This document shows positions 37,463 through 48,356 of a stretch of DNA of 64,000 nucleotides, in pieces; the stretch's first letter is position 1, and the number at the start of each line of letters is the position of its first letter. Position numbers and translations under genes: made by a program. The notes under the pieces are model-generated. The model saw nothing but the letters and a program-made list of their open reading frames with translations. It made no database searches and had not been told where the DNA came from. Origin of the DNA: an uncultured bacterium (lineage in GTDB: Bacteria; Patescibacteriota; Minisyncoccia; Phycocordibacterales; Phycocordibacteraceae); the NCBI GenBank assembly GCA_963851445.1, contig CAWKPH010000001.1, positions 617,363 through 681,362 on the forward strand. The letters are read 5' to 3'.

Positions 37463-38518
37463 ATGGCACTCAAAATCTCTCGAAGTTCAATTTTCTCTAG
37501 CGATATCGGCATCGATCTGGGTACGGCGAACACCCTTGTATATGTACGAGGTCGCGGAGTTGTAATGAACGAACCGTCCGTCGTCGCGGTCAATACAAAA
37601 ACGGGACAGGTAGTAGCAGTCGGCAAAGAGGCAAAAGTCATGCTTGGTAAAACACCACCTCATATTCGTGCAGTGCGACCACTTTCCCATGGTGTGATTT
37701 CCGACTTCGAAGTGACACAAGAGCTTCTTGCCTATCTTATTAATAAGGCACAAGGCGGGCGCACAAGACTTCTTGGTCCTCGCATTGTAATTGGTGTGCC
37801 TACGGGTGTGACAAATGTCGAAAGCCGCGCAGTACGCGATGCAGCGATGACTTCAGGCGCCCGTGAGGTTTACATACTCGAAGAACCAATGGCGGGAGCC
37901 ATTGGTGCCAAGCTTCCTATCATCGATCCGGTCGGTACGATGGTGCTTGATATAGGAGGCGGCACGACAGACATCGCTGTCATTTCACTCGGTGGCGCCG
38001 TATCCTCGCGGAGCTCACACGTGGCGGGAGATCGATTTAATGAGAATATCAGCGATTTTGTACGAAGCGAATTCCAGCTTGCAATTGGTGAGCGCACTGC
38101 TGAAGATGTCAAAATTGATATTGGCGCAGTGATGCCTCTTGATGAAGCGCTTGAGCGACCGGTTCGTGGACGAGATCTTGCAACCGGGCTTCCGCGCGAA
38201 ATCATGCTTACCGATTCGCATATCAGAGAGGCCCTCGCGCCGTCACTCGATTCACTTATGGAATCGATGAAGGAGGTTATCGAAAATACACCACCTGAAT
38301 TGCTGTCAGATGTGCTCCAGCAAGGTGTAACGGTTTTCGGTGGAGGCGCGCTTTTGCGAGGTCTTCCTGAGCTCCTTGCGAAAATGCTTGGGGTGCCAGT
38401 GAATGTAGCGCTTGATCCACTTACTGCAGTCGTACGTGGAACGGGCATTGTAATTGAAGATCCTCGTAAATGGGGCGACACCTTCCTCTATGAAGAGGCC
38501 ATACTCGCACAAGCCTAG
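37463..38518 (+). CDS. mreB: rod shape-determining protein MreB (paralogue 2, in mreBCD cluster)
   Basis: IGIDLGTANTLVYV…EPSVVAV…, 351 aa, followed by mreC/mreD/mrdA. Confidence 0.85.
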   Translation: MALKISRSSIFSSDIGIDLGTANTLVYVRGRGVVMNEPSVVAVNTKTGQVVAVGKEAKVMLGKTPPHIRAVRPLSHGVISDFEVTQELLAYLINKAQGGRTRLLGPRIVIGVPTGVTNVESRAVRDAAMTSGAREVYILEEPMAGAIGAKLPIIDPVGTMVLDIGGGTTDIAVISLGGAVSSRSSHVAGDRFNENISDFVRSEFQLAIGERTAEDVKIDIGAVMPLDEALERPVRGRDLATGLPREIMLTDSHIREALAPSLDSLMESMKEVIENTPPELLSDVLQQGVTVFGGGALLRGLPELLAKMLGVPVNVALDPLTAVVRGTGIVIEDPRKWGDTFLYEEAILAQA

Positions 38519-39293
38519 CGCGCCGCAAGCGCTCTGGGCCTTTGGCCTAGTCGTTCTGGTACTACTTATCGTTCTCGTAAGCTGGGTTTTTATGCCTGGA
38601 GTGGTACTCACGATAGCTTCACCGTTTTGGAAAGTGGGGAACTCATTTGATACATCGATCGCAAATATGGTATCAGGATTTGAGAACAAGGAAGTTTTGG
38701 CAAAGAATAATTCAATGCTCATCGCTCAAAATACGCTACTCACCCAAGAGAATGCAGTACTAACCACTCGTTCACAAGACCTCATAGCGCTACTGGGGGG
38801 GCAGGTTGCAACGGGTACTGCGGCAAGTAATTCGCAAAGCTCTCAAAATGGAATTCCTGCGGGTGTTCTGGCCCGCCCGCCCGAGTCGCCGTATGACACG
38901 CTCGTGGTTGCTGCAGGAACTGATAATGGAGTTGCCGTTGGCGCTCAAGTGTTTAGCCAAGGCGGCATACCAATCGGCACCATAAAGCACGAGACCCAAG
39001 GGATAGCTCAAGTGAGCTTGTATTCAAGTCCAGGACGCGCGACTGACGGATGGGTAGGAGAGAATCGTACACCACTCACGCTTACGGGTACGGGTGGGGG
39101 AACGTTCTCATCGATTCTCCCGAAAACCACCCCAGTAAGCGTAGGGGACACGGTATATTTCCCCGGACCTGGCGCCATTCCAATCGGGACTGTAACGGGT
39201 ATTGATAGCCCTGATTCCTCAACCAATGTAGTCCTTCATATCGAACCTCTCGTCAACCTCTTCTCGGTTACGTGGGTTTTGATCGCACGCTAA
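38454..39293 (+). CDS. mreC: rod shape-determining protein MreC
   Basis: Single N-terminal TM helix, coiled-coil, beta-rich C-domain, positioned after mreB. The true start is probably downstream of 38454 (it overlaps the mreB end). Confidence 0.6.
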   Translation: MKILVNGATPSSMKRPYSHKPSAPQALWAFGLVVLVLLIVLVSWVFMPGVVLTIASPFWKVGNSFDTSIANMVSGFENKEVLAKNNSMLIAQNTLLTQENAVLTTRSQDLIALLGGQVATGTAASNSQSSQNGIPAGVLARPPESPYDTLVVAAGTDNGVAVGAQVFSQGGIPIGTIKHETQGIAQVSLYSSPGRATDGWVGENRTPLTLTGTGGGTFSSILPKTTPVSVGDTVYFPGPGAIPIGTVTGIDSPDSSTNVVLHIEPLVNLFSVTWVLIAR

Positions 39294-39565
39294 ACCCCAT
39301 GACTCTACGCCTACCGGGTATGCTCCAAATCATAGCGACAATACTCGCTCTACTGGGTCCCTTTTTCTTTCCCTGGCAGTTCGCACTCATTATTGCATGC
39401 ATAATTGCTTTCTTTATTCCTCCGGTGATTCTTATCGTAGGCTTTCTTTTAGATGTTCTCTATTTTAGTGGTCCGGAGTTGCCATACTTTACTCTGATAG
39501 GAATTTTAGGTGCGATTATAACGTATTTCGTGCACCAATTTGTGAAAACGCGTATCATGGGCTGA
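39272..39565 (+). CDS. mreD: rod shape-determining protein MreD-like small membrane protein
   Basis: 97 aa, several TM helices, positioned between mreC and mrdA. Confidence 0.5.
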   Translation: MGFDRTLNPMTLRLPGMLQIIATILALLGPFFFPWQFALIIACIIAFFIPPVILIVGFLLDVLYFSGPELPYFTLIGILGAIITYFVHQFVKTRIMG

Positions 39566-41241
39566 TGTTTGGCAGGAACCGTCGTTTTAAGGATTCGGAA
39601 ATCTCTCCAGATGAAATTTTTCTAGATTCATATAATCTTCCTGATTTCAATCAAAATAGTCTTGAAGGAAGGCTCGAACAACCACTTCCCCGTGGCGCGT
39701 ATCTAGGTATTTTCGTTGGGATTGTTCTTATTTTCCTTGCGCTCGGTGCACGTGCTGCGGACCTTGAGATTATTAAAGGCGCTGCCTATGCAACACGTAG
39801 TGAAGATAACCTTCTTCGTCCGGAAGTTCTATTCGCTGATCGCGGTGTCATCTACGATCGCAACGGAGTGCCGCTTGTCACAAATCAAGCGTCAAGTGAT
39901 GGTACGGTCGAGCGTGTCTATACTTCTCTCCCTGGATTTTCATCTCTCCTCGGGTACGTTTCATATCCAAAGAAGGATAGTTCAGGTCAATACTATGATA
40001 CTAACATCAATGGTCTGGCGGGTGTCGAGGAGTCTTTCAACAGCCAACTTTCCGGTACTAATGGTACGTTACTTGTTGAACAAGATGCGCTTGGGCGCAC
40101 CGTCTCGCAGGGGAGCAGTATTCCAACACAAAATGGCCAGGACCTTACACTTTCAATCGATTCGCGGGCGCAGACTGCGATGTATACGGCGATCCAACAA
40201 CTTGCCGACCGTATTCCTTTCACGGGTGGCGCCGGCATTCTCATGAATGTCCAAACGGGCGAGGTTTTAGCACTCGTGTCCTACCCCGAGTACGACTCGA
40301 ATGTCATGTCTGCAGGTGCGCCTGCAAGTACAATCGCAGGGTATAGTACCGATCCGCGCTTGCCCTACCTAAATCGTCCTACCCAGGGCCTCTATACACC
40401 AGGATCCGTTGTGAAGCCTGTAGAAGCAAGCGGCGCGCTTACCGATGGAGTCATTACACCAAGCACCTCCATTTACGATCCAGGCTATATTCTGGTACCC
40501 AATCCGTTTGATCCGAGTCATCCTACAAAATTTGTCGATTGGAAAGCGATTGGACAGGAGGATCTGCGTAGAGCTATCGCTTTTTCCTCAGACGTTTATT
40601 TTTATATGGTGAGTGGTGGGTATGGTGGCGTGAAAGGACTTGGAATTACGAGACTTGATTACTGGTTTGATACGTTTGGCTTTGAGTCGAAGACCAGCAT
40701 CCAGATGCCTGGCGAAGCGACAGGCTTTGTTTCAAATCCTGCCTGGAAACTTAAGACCTTCCACCAGGCATGGAATCTAGGCGATACGTACCACACAGGG
40801 ATCGGCCAATACTCGACACAGATAACACCGATCGAAGAAGCGCGCGCCATTGCAGCAGTCGCCAACGGCGGTGAATTGGTGACGCCAACACTCCTCAAAG
40901 GTCAGCCTGTGCGGGAAACAAAACTACCAGTAAGCGCGGCTGACCTCGAAGTCGTTCGCGAAGGTATGCATGAAGGATTCGAGGAGGGGACTTCAGTGGG
41001 ACTCTACCCACTTTCGACTTTTGTCGATATCGGCGGCAAGACGGGTACCGCACAGGTGGGGCCCAACAATAAATTCTTTAACTCATGGGCGGTGGGTTTT
41101 TGGCCGTTTTCTGACCCCAAATATGTCTATGTCGTTACCATGGAGCACGGACCATCAACCGACGACATTGGTGGTGTCTACGTGATGTACCAGGTACTAA
41201 GCCAACTGCACGAAACAGCACCTGAGTATTTTCAGCAATAA
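39565..41241 (+). CDS. mrdA: penicillin-binding protein 2 (elongasome transpeptidase)
   Basis: SxxK (GSVVKP), SxD/N (FSSDVYF) and KTG (GGKTGTAQ) motifs, with an N-terminal TM helix. Confidence 0.8.
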   Translation: MFGRNRRFKDSEISPDEIFLDSYNLPDFNQNSLEGRLEQPLPRGAYLGIFVGIVLIFLALGARAADLEIIKGAAYATRSEDNLLRPEVLFADRGVIYDRNGVPLVTNQASSDGTVERVYTSLPGFSSLLGYVSYPKKDSSGQYYDTNINGLAGVEESFNSQLSGTNGTLLVEQDALGRTVSQGSSIPTQNGQDLTLSIDSRAQTAMYTAIQQLADRIPFTGGAGILMNVQTGEVLALVSYPEYDSNVMSAGAPASTIAGYSTDPRLPYLNRPTQGLYTPGSVVKPVEASGALTDGVITPSTSIYDPGYILVPNPFDPSHPTKFVDWKAIGQEDLRRAIAFSSDVYFYMVSGGYGGVKGLGITRLDYWFDTFGFESKTSIQMPGEATGFVSNPAWKLKTFHQAWNLGDTYHTGIGQYSTQITPIEEARAIAAVANGGELVTPTLLKGQPVRETKLPVSAADLEVVREGMHEGFEEGTSVGLYPLSTFVDIGGKTGTAQVGPNNKFFNSWAVGFWPFSDPKYVYVVTMEHGPSTDDIGGVYVMYQVLSQLHETAPEYFQQ

Positions 41242-41280
41242 GATTTCTTAGGCAAGTGTCGCATGTACGTAGGCACGTTG

Positions 41281-41318
41281 ACGGTAATTCCAGGTAACGT
41301 ACAATACCTGGAATTACA
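41281..41318. promoter_or_regulatory. perfect 13-bp inverted repeat (gtaattccaggta…tacctggaattac) upstream of greA
   Basis: Seen directly in the sequence. Lies between the mrdA stop and the greA start. Confidence 0.45.
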
Positions 41319-41343
41319 AGATTTATTAGGTAGTACGTTCCCA

Positions 41344-41814
41344 ATGACCGAGCAAGAGACAGTCGTAAGCCAAGAAAAATTTGACGAGATGGTCAAAGAG
41401 CTTGAAACCTTGAAGACCGTACGCCGCACCGAGATTGCCAAAAATCTCGAATACGCTCGTTCCCTCGGAGATCTCTCAGAGAATGCGGAATACCAGGAAG
41501 CCAGGGAACTTCAAGCCGCAACCGAAGAGCGTATCAGAAAGCTCGAGGAGCTCGTAAAGCGTGCCCAAATCATGACCGAAGGTCGCAATAAAAATCTCAT
41601 CGGTTTTGGTTCGGTAGTGAGTATCAAGAAAGAAGATAGTCCTGAAATACACGAATACACAATCGTAGGTTCGGAAGAAGCTGACATGCGTGCTCGTAAG
41701 CTCTCACACGTATCACCGCTTGGTGCTGCCATAATGGGTAAAAAGAAAGGTGATGTGTTCACGTTTGAAACGCCAAACGGCAAGCAGACCTATACCATCG
41801 AAAAGGTAGCGTAA
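41344..41814 (+). CDS. greA: transcription elongation factor GreA
   Basis: …RSLGDLSENAEYQEARELQA… Start taken at MTEQET. The upstream part of the 41263 ORF spans the hairpin and is rejected. Confidence 0.8.
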   Translation: MTEQETVVSQEKFDEMVKELETLKTVRRTEIAKNLEYARSLGDLSENAEYQEARELQAATEERIRKLEELVKRAQIMTEGRNKNLIGFGSVVSIKKEDSPEIHEYTIVGSEEADMRARKLSHVSPLGAAIMGKKKGDVFTFETPNGKQTYTIEKVA

Positions 41815-41838
41815 TTGGTGACGTGCTAGGATTCTAGT

Positions 41839-43299
41839 ATGTCCTTAGAAACGATTCGGGCTGAACGACTCGCAAAATTAGATCGCTTACGTCTCGAGGG
41901 AATCAATCCCTACCCAGCGCATACCGATCGAACGCATACCATCGAGAAGTTTCTTAAAGAGCATGCCTCTCTCGAAAAAAGTGCTACCCGGCTTACACTT
42001 GCCGGCCGAATCACCTCCATCCGTGAACACGGTGCGCTTACATTTCTTGATCTATTCGACGGAACAGGCAAGGGCCAAGTTATTTTAGAAAAGGAGTCTG
42101 TCGACAAGAATTCCTTCGACCTCTTCCGAGCGACCATCGATACAAGCGACATACTTGAAGTATCGGGCACTGCGTTTACGACAAAACGTGGCATGCCGTC
42201 TCTCAAGGTGGATTCCTGGCATATTCTTGCAAAATCACTCCGTCAGGTTCCTGATGAATGGTTTGGAATCAAGGACGAGGATGAACGGTATCGCAAGCGC
42301 TACCTCGATATATTGCTTTCTCCTGAGATCGCAGACCGAATAAAGCGTCGCTCACTATTTTGGAATACCATCCGCTCGTATCTTCTCGATAAGGGTTTTA
42401 TTGAAGTTGAGACCCCTGTTCTTGAAACTACTACCGGGGGTGCTGACGCACGTCCTTTTATTACACACCACAATGCGCTCGATATCGACGTATTCCTGCG
42501 AATCTCAGCAGGTGAATTGTGGCAAAAACGGCTCATGGTTGCAGGACTGCCAAAAGTCTTTGAAATAGGGCGCATTTTCCGCAATGAAGGCATGTCCTTT
42601 GAGCATTTACAGGATTATACGCAGATGGAATTCTACGAAGCCTTTAAGGACTATGAGGCGGGTATGGAAATGATCACCGATCTCTATCGCACCATTGCTA
42701 CGAAGGTCTACGATACGCAGATCTTTATGGTAAAGGATTTTACAATTGATTTAGGTAAGAACTGGGAGTTGTATGACTACTGTACCCTCATCAATAAAGA
42801 ATTTGGTATTGATCCTTTGGAAACCACTGCTGAAGAAGTGCGGGGAATTCTTGAAAGCCACTCCATTTCCTATGACTCAAATGGATTCAATATAGAACGT
42901 GGGGTAGACTTGCTTTGGAAGCAGATACGCAAGTCGCTCGGAGGTCCCGGATTTTTACTCGGTGTTCCCGCATACCTCGAACCTCTTGCCAAACGCAGCG
43001 ACAAGAATCCAAAAATCGTCGAGCGTTTCCAAGTCATCCTCGGAGGCTCAGAGAATGGTAAGGGATATAGCGAGCTCAACGATCCAATAGATCAAGCTGA
43101 ACGGTTCGGACACCAACAAACGCTCCGAGAACAAGGAGATGAAGAAGCCCAGATGAACGACACGTCATATATAGAGGCACTTGAGTATGGGATGCCTCCG
43201 ACTTTTGGCTTCGGGGTTTCAGAAAGACTGTTTAGCTATTTTGAGGGAATATCGGGCCGTGAAGCACAGATTTTTCCATTAATGCGTCCGAAAGTGTAG
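41839..43299 (+). CDS. lysS: lysine--tRNA ligase (class II)
   Basis: 486 aa. OB-fold N-terminus and class II core (…GRIFRNEGMSFEH…). Confidence 0.85.
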   Translation: MSLETIRAERLAKLDRLRLEGINPYPAHTDRTHTIEKFLKEHASLEKSATRLTLAGRITSIREHGALTFLDLFDGTGKGQVILEKESVDKNSFDLFRATIDTSDILEVSGTAFTTKRGMPSLKVDSWHILAKSLRQVPDEWFGIKDEDERYRKRYLDILLSPEIADRIKRRSLFWNTIRSYLLDKGFIEVETPVLETTTGGADARPFITHHNALDIDVFLRISAGELWQKRLMVAGLPKVFEIGRIFRNEGMSFEHLQDYTQMEFYEAFKDYEAGMEMITDLYRTIATKVYDTQIFMVKDFTIDLGKNWELYDYCTLINKEFGIDPLETTAEEVRGILESHSISYDSNGFNIERGVDLLWKQIRKSLGGPGFLLGVPAYLEPLAKRSDKNPKIVERFQVILGGSENGKGYSELNDPIDQAERFGHQQTLREQGDEEAQMNDTSYIEALEYGMPPTFGFGVSERLFSYFEGISGREAQIFPLMRPKV

Positions 43300-43602
43300 G
43301 GATCCTATAGAACCCCAAAGTTAACCCCAAGCAGGTTATTTTATCTAGAAGCAGTCTCGATTGAAACAGTAACCGGCTGAAGGCGGGTCAGCATTACAGT
43401 ATAGAGCAGTCGAAGAAATGTACTCATGAGTAGAGTATGGATTTTATTAGTCAAATCTCAAGGGGCTCATTAGACTTTTCTGTGGATAACATAGCGTAAG
43501 TGGGAGAGAGTGGCATATACTCACCTCTAGGTGGGATGAAGTGGGAATAGGGAAGTCGACCTCCCAAAGCCCTCATCTTACCGAAAAAATCTTGCCAACC
43601 AC

Positions 43603-44037
43603 ATGTTTATCGGAGAATACCGTCATACCTTCGATGCGAAAAATCGCATCTCACTTCCGTCAAAGTTTCGGAAGGAGCTCGGTACTTCGGTGATCGTGAC
43701 ACGTGGACTTGATCATTGCCTATTCTTATATACCCGGGCTTCGTGGAAGAAAGAAGCTGCACGTATCGCCCTTCATTCAACGGGAAGCGCTGCAGGCCGA
43801 GGACTTTCGCGTCTCATACTCGCAGGAGCATCAGAGGCGGATATCGATAGTGCCGGGCGCATACTCATTCCGGATTACCTCAAGACATTCGCTGGACTAA
43901 CCTCCAAGACTGTCATTGCAGGAGTTTCTGATCGCGTAGAGGTTTGGGACGAGAATGCATGGGTCAAGTACACAAAGGGCATTGAGCGTGACGCAGATCA
44001 GTTTGCTGAAAAGCTTGGGGATGGAGTGGCCCATTAG
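43603..44037 (+). CDS. mraZ: transcriptional regulator MraZ
   Basis: MFIGEYRHTFDAKNRISLPSKFR…, 144 aa. Confidence 0.85.
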   Translation: MFIGEYRHTFDAKNRISLPSKFRKELGTSVIVTRGLDHCLFLYTRASWKKEAARIALHSTGSAAGRGLSRLILAGASEADIDSAGRILIPDYLKTFAGLTSKTVIAGVSDRVEVWDENAWVKYTKGIERDADQFAEKLGDGVAH

Positions 44038-44044
44038 TTCTCGC

Positions 44045-44953
44045 ATGTCAGGAGGTCATGAGAGTGTGCTACAGGAAGAAACTCTTGAAAGCCTCGCTAT
44101 AGCGCCCGATGATGTTGTGGTAGATGCGACTGTTGGCGGTGCAGGCCATTTTGGCGCCATTTTGAAAAAGCTTGGACCTAAGGGTACGCTCATTGGCATT
44201 GATGCTGACCGAGATGCTAGTCTCAGGGCCCAGCAGGTAGTGTCAGAGGTTTCAGATTCTGATAGGCCGGACGTAGAGCTTATAACGGACAATTTCCGGA
44301 ATCTCAAGGAAATATTCGACAAACGCCAAATCAAAGAGATAGACAAATTTTTGTTTGATCTCGGGTGGAGTGGTTATCAGCTCTCAAACGGACGTGGGTT
44401 TTCGTTCCAAACCGATGAGCCACTTCTTATGACCTATGGCGATTCGCGGGAGGGTACATCTGTAGCTGAGCTGGTGAACTCAGCCACAGAGGAAAATCTC
44501 GCGAACATTCTGTATGAATTTGGCGAAGAAAAATTCTCTCGAGGGATTGCTAAAGCAATAGTCCTAATGCGTCAGAAGGAACGGATATTGACTACCAATC
44601 AGCTCGTGGCCGCTATAAAGAACGGAACGCCCGAGTGGTACCAAAAACGGCGATTACATCCTGCAACCAAGACTTTTCAGGCTCTGCGTATCTATGTAAA
44701 CGACGAATTCGGAGCGCTTCGGGAGGGACTAATAGCGGCACTCGCTCGACTTGCCCCTTCAGGAAGAATTGCGGTTATAACCTTTCATAGCAGTGAAGAT
44801 CGGATCGTGAAAACCATGTTTCGAGAAGCGGTGAATGAAAGAATAGGAACTCTTCTTACGAAGAAACCAATTATCCCAACGCGTAGAGAACTTTCTCAGA
44901 ATCCTCGTTCGCGTAGCGCTAAATTGCGGGTGTTTATAAAAAGCGAATCCTAG
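44045..44953 (+). CDS. rsmH: 16S rRNA (cytosine1402-N4)-methyltransferase RsmH/MraW
   Basis: …HESVLQEETLESLA…VDATVGGAGH… Start at the internal Met MSGGH. Confidence 0.85.
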   Translation: MSGGHESVLQEETLESLAIAPDDVVVDATVGGAGHFGAILKKLGPKGTLIGIDADRDASLRAQQVVSEVSDSDRPDVELITDNFRNLKEIFDKRQIKEIDKFLFDLGWSGYQLSNGRGFSFQTDEPLLMTYGDSREGTSVAELVNSATEENLANILYEFGEEKFSRGIAKAIVLMRQKERILTTNQLVAAIKNGTPEWYQKRRLHPATKTFQALRIYVNDEFGALREGLIAALARLAPSGRIAVITFHSSEDRIVKTMFREAVNERIGTLLTKKPIIPTRRELSQNPRSRSAKLRVFIKSES

Positions 44954-44978
44954 AATCTTATCAAATATTGCTCTTTGT

Positions 44979-45269
44979 ATGTCAGATCGTCTCATACCTG
45001 TACTTAGTATTTCATGCGGTGCCCTAACGCTCTCGTATCTCTTTTTGATGATCACGACAATATTTTTTGCGTCCTACCAGACCGAAGCACTAAATTCAGT
45101 GCGCAATAATGAAAGCATCATCGCAACTCTCGAGTCGACGTACTATTCTGATACGAATCGCATCAATTCTCTTGATCCAAGTACACTCGGGTATGTTATG
45201 CCAAGCAATGTGCAATACGTGGCTGAATCTAATAATGCAGGCTCAAACCTCACCTTCAACGGCAATTAA
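44979..45269 (+). CDS. ftsL: small bitopic membrane protein, FtsL-like by position
   Basis: 96 aa with a single TM helix, between rsmH and ftsI. The assignment rests on synteny only. Confidence 0.4.
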   Translation: MSDRLIPVLSISCGALTLSYLFLMITTIFFASYQTEALNSVRNNESIIATLESTYYSDTNRINSLDPSTLGYVMPSNVQYVAESNNAGSNLTFNGN

Positions 45270-45286
45270 TATGGGAGAATAGGGAT

Positions 45287-47037
45287 ATGCGCCGCGCATT
45301 CCGTTTTCGATTACGCATACTCGCTGGGCTCGTCGTTCTTTTCGCACTCCTCGTCATCGCTCGACTATATTTTATACAGATCATAGAAGGGGACTACTAT
45401 GCAGCGCAGGGGCAAGCGCAGTACGAAAGTTCGAACCAGGAACTCTACGATCGCGGAAATATCTACTTCACTCGTAAAGATGGAACTCTCATTTCAGCCG
45501 CAACTCTTGCAACAGGCTTCCTTATTGCAATAGATCCTGAGGAACTCAAGAACCCATCGTTGGTATACGGACAAATCAATGCCATCACGCCAATTGACCA
45601 ACAAACCTTTGCCGGCGCTGCAGCAAAGACCAATGATCCGTACGAAGTACTCCTACAACATGTTTCCGATGCACAAGGCAATGCCGTCTCAGCTCTTAAT
45701 ATTCCTGGGGTATTAGTGGTGCGTGAACGTTGGCGTGTGTATCCTGCAGGTACCGAAGCAGCACAGACGCTTGGTTTCGTTGCTTATGATAATGATAATA
45801 ATCTTGAGGGGCGCGCGGGTCTCGAGGAATACTATAATGATGTCCTTGAGCGTCCAAATGAAGGACTTTCTGATAATTTCTTCGCGCAGCTTTTTGCGAA
45901 TATTGATAATACGATTATCGATGCCAATAGCGCTCGTGAGGGGGATCTCGTAACCTCAATCGAGCCGACGGTGCAGCAACGTCTCGACCAGGATCTTGAA
46001 GCAGTGACCAAAAAATACAGCAGCACTGAATCGGGTGGTATTATTATGAACCCACATACGGGAGCCATTATTGCCATAGGTAGTTATCCAACCTTTGATC
46101 CCAATGATTTTGAGAACGAGAATCCACAGTACTTTGGTAACCCGATTGTACAAAGTGAGTACGAATTTGGCTCCATTCAAAAGTCCCTAACTATGGCGTC
46201 AGGACTTGATTCTGGTGCCATTACTCCCGATGAGACCTACGACGATACGGGATGTATCTATCCAGATGGTGACAAGGTCTGTAACTTTGATCTAGTTGCA
46301 CGCGGCGTTATTCCGATGATCCAGATCCTTGATCAATCGCTCAACGTGGGTGCATCCTTCATCGCAGGGCAGATGGGCCATGCCACTCAGCGTAAATATG
46401 ATATAGAACTTGGTCTTGGTTCGAAGACAGGCATTGATCTTCCGAGCGAGATTGCTGGTGACATTCGAAACCTCAATACAAATGAGGATGTTGACTTTGA
46501 CACCGCAGCATTTGGACAGGGTATTGCCGTAACACCAATTGAGATGATTCGGGCTGTCGATGCACTTGCAAATAACGGTGCCATCGTAACACCCCACGTC
46601 GGGTACAGCGATTCTACTTAAATGACGGCACCACTGAGCAACTTACATATCCGCCCCCAGTTCAGATATTCAAGCCGGCAACAACGGCTATCGTAACAAA
46701 TATGCTCGTAACCGTGTTTCCTCCAGATGCAAAAATCGCTATGCAGTCTGACTCTTCGCTAGTACTTCCAAAAGTACTCATAGCTGCAAAGACCGGAACC
46801 GCACAGGTAGTGGACCCTCACGGGGGGCTATTACCGGACGGTTTTCTTCCACTCATTCTACGGCTACTTTCCTGCCCATGACCCCCAATTTATTGTCCTG
46901 CTCTATACGAATCGGCCGCAAGGTGTAGAGTATGCCTCTGGAACCCTCACGGGGACATTCATAGATTTGACCAATTTTCTCGCGAATTACTACAATATCC
47001 CACCCGATCCAACGGTATATGATGCGACGAATCCTTA
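45287..47037 (+). pseudogene. ftsI: penicillin-binding protein FtsI-like transpeptidase interrupted by two frameshifts
   Basis: Frame A (45287..46621) carries the N-terminal TM, SxxK (FGSIQKS) and SxN (DQSLNVG) motifs. The KTG box (AAKTGTAQ) lies in a second frame (~46625-46850). The C-terminal end (…FYGYFPAHDPQFIVLLY…) lies in a third frame ending at 47037. The frame shifts fall next to C6 and G7 homopolymer runs. Confidence 0.55.
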
Positions 47038-48320
47038 GAAATATTCTATCAAGTATCCTCGGTATGCTCTCACGGAGCATTATTCGCAAATACCGCCCCA
47101 CCGTTGTTATGGTGACAGGGAGCGTGGGGAAGACCTCCACTAAGGATGCCATTGCTGCAGCGCTTGGGCAGAAATTTCCGCTCCGTAAAAGTGAAAAAAG
47201 CTTTAATAGCGAAATCGGAGTGCCACTTACGATAATTGGTGTAGAGAATCCGTGGTCGAATGTGGGAGCATGGCTCAAAGTCTTTAAACGAGCATTCTCG
47301 CTGCTTTTCCTAACAAAAGAGTATCCGAAGCTTCTCGTACTAGAGGTCGGTGCTGATAGACCTGGAGACCTGGTGAAGATTTGCAAGATCGTAAAGCCGA
47401 GTGTAGTTGTCGTAACCTTTCTACCGTCTGTACCCGTGCACGTGGAAGCATATGAGACACCCGAAGCAGTACGCGAAGAAGAGTTCTCGCCTGCATCGAT
47501 GCTTCCTGCAGGAGCGCCACTCATTATTTGTGCCGACGACGAGTATGCCGTTATCTATGCGGCCCGGCTTCCACATGCTGCACTCCATACATTCGGCTAT
47601 ACAGATGCTGCAGAAGTTCGGATCACGAAGCCGCACATCTGGAGCGAGGATCACCCTGGGCATGGTATACCCCAAGGCATGCAAGGAAGTCTTCAGGTTG
47701 GTGGGAAGGCGTATCCATTTAAGGTAGTGAATTCTTTCGGCAAGTCGCAACTCTATGCCCCTGCAGCAGCTCTCGCTACCGCGCTCTCACTTGGCATGAC
47801 AGCGAATGAGGCAATGGAAGGTTTGCGTTCCTATGTTCTACCTCCAGGACGCGGACACTTTCTCGCAGGAATTCGAGGAACGACACTAATTGACGATTCA
47901 TACAATTCTTCCCCGGTTGCAACAGAGGAGTCGCTGCGTTCGTTGCCGCTTCTGAAGCCGCTTCGTACTGTAGTAGTTCTCGGCGATATGCTTGAACTCG
48001 GACGCCACTCCATCCCCGAACATGAGCGTATTGGACATATCGCGCGTGAATACGCTAACGTCATTGTGACAGTCGGTTCCCGAGCCAGAGGAATAGCAGA
48101 CGCAGCACGAGCTGACGGTATGCCCGAAGAATCCATTCATTCATATGAGACTTCTGTTGCCGCATCTAAAGCTCTTCCTGCTCTCCTTCAAGAAGGGGAC
48201 ACTATCCTTGTAAAAGGATCACAAAGCATTCGAATGGAACGCATTGTCCGTGTGCTTCTTGCAAGTGCAGAGGACAGTTCAAAACTTGTTCGGCAGGATG
48301 CCGAATGGCAGAAGCGATAG
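47019..48320 (+). CDS. murF: UDP-N-acetylmuramoyl-tripeptide--D-alanyl-D-alanine ligase
   Basis: Mur-ligase P-loop VVMVTGSVGKTSTKD and the NSEIGVPLT motif. Located after ftsI in the dcw cluster. Confidence 0.75.
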   Translation: MMRRILRNILSSILGMLSRSIIRKYRPTVVMVTGSVGKTSTKDAIAAALGQKFPLRKSEKSFNSEIGVPLTIIGVENPWSNVGAWLKVFKRAFSLLFLTKEYPKLLVLEVGADRPGDLVKICKIVKPSVVVVTFLPSVPVHVEAYETPEAVREEEFSPASMLPAGAPLIICADDEYAVIYAARLPHAALHTFGYTDAAEVRITKPHIWSEDHPGHGIPQGMQGSLQVGGKAYPFKVVNSFGKSQLYAPAAALATALSLGMTANEAMEGLRSYVLPPGRGHFLAGIRGTTLIDDSYNSSPVATEESLRSLPLLKPLRTVVVLGDMLELGRHSIPEHERIGHIAREYANVIVTVGSRARGIADAARADGMPEESIHSYETSVAASKALPALLQEGDTILVKGSQSIRMERIVRVLLASAEDSSKLVRQDAEWQKR

Positions 48321-48356
48321 CGAAAAACAAGAAAATTCGCTACAGTACAGATTATT

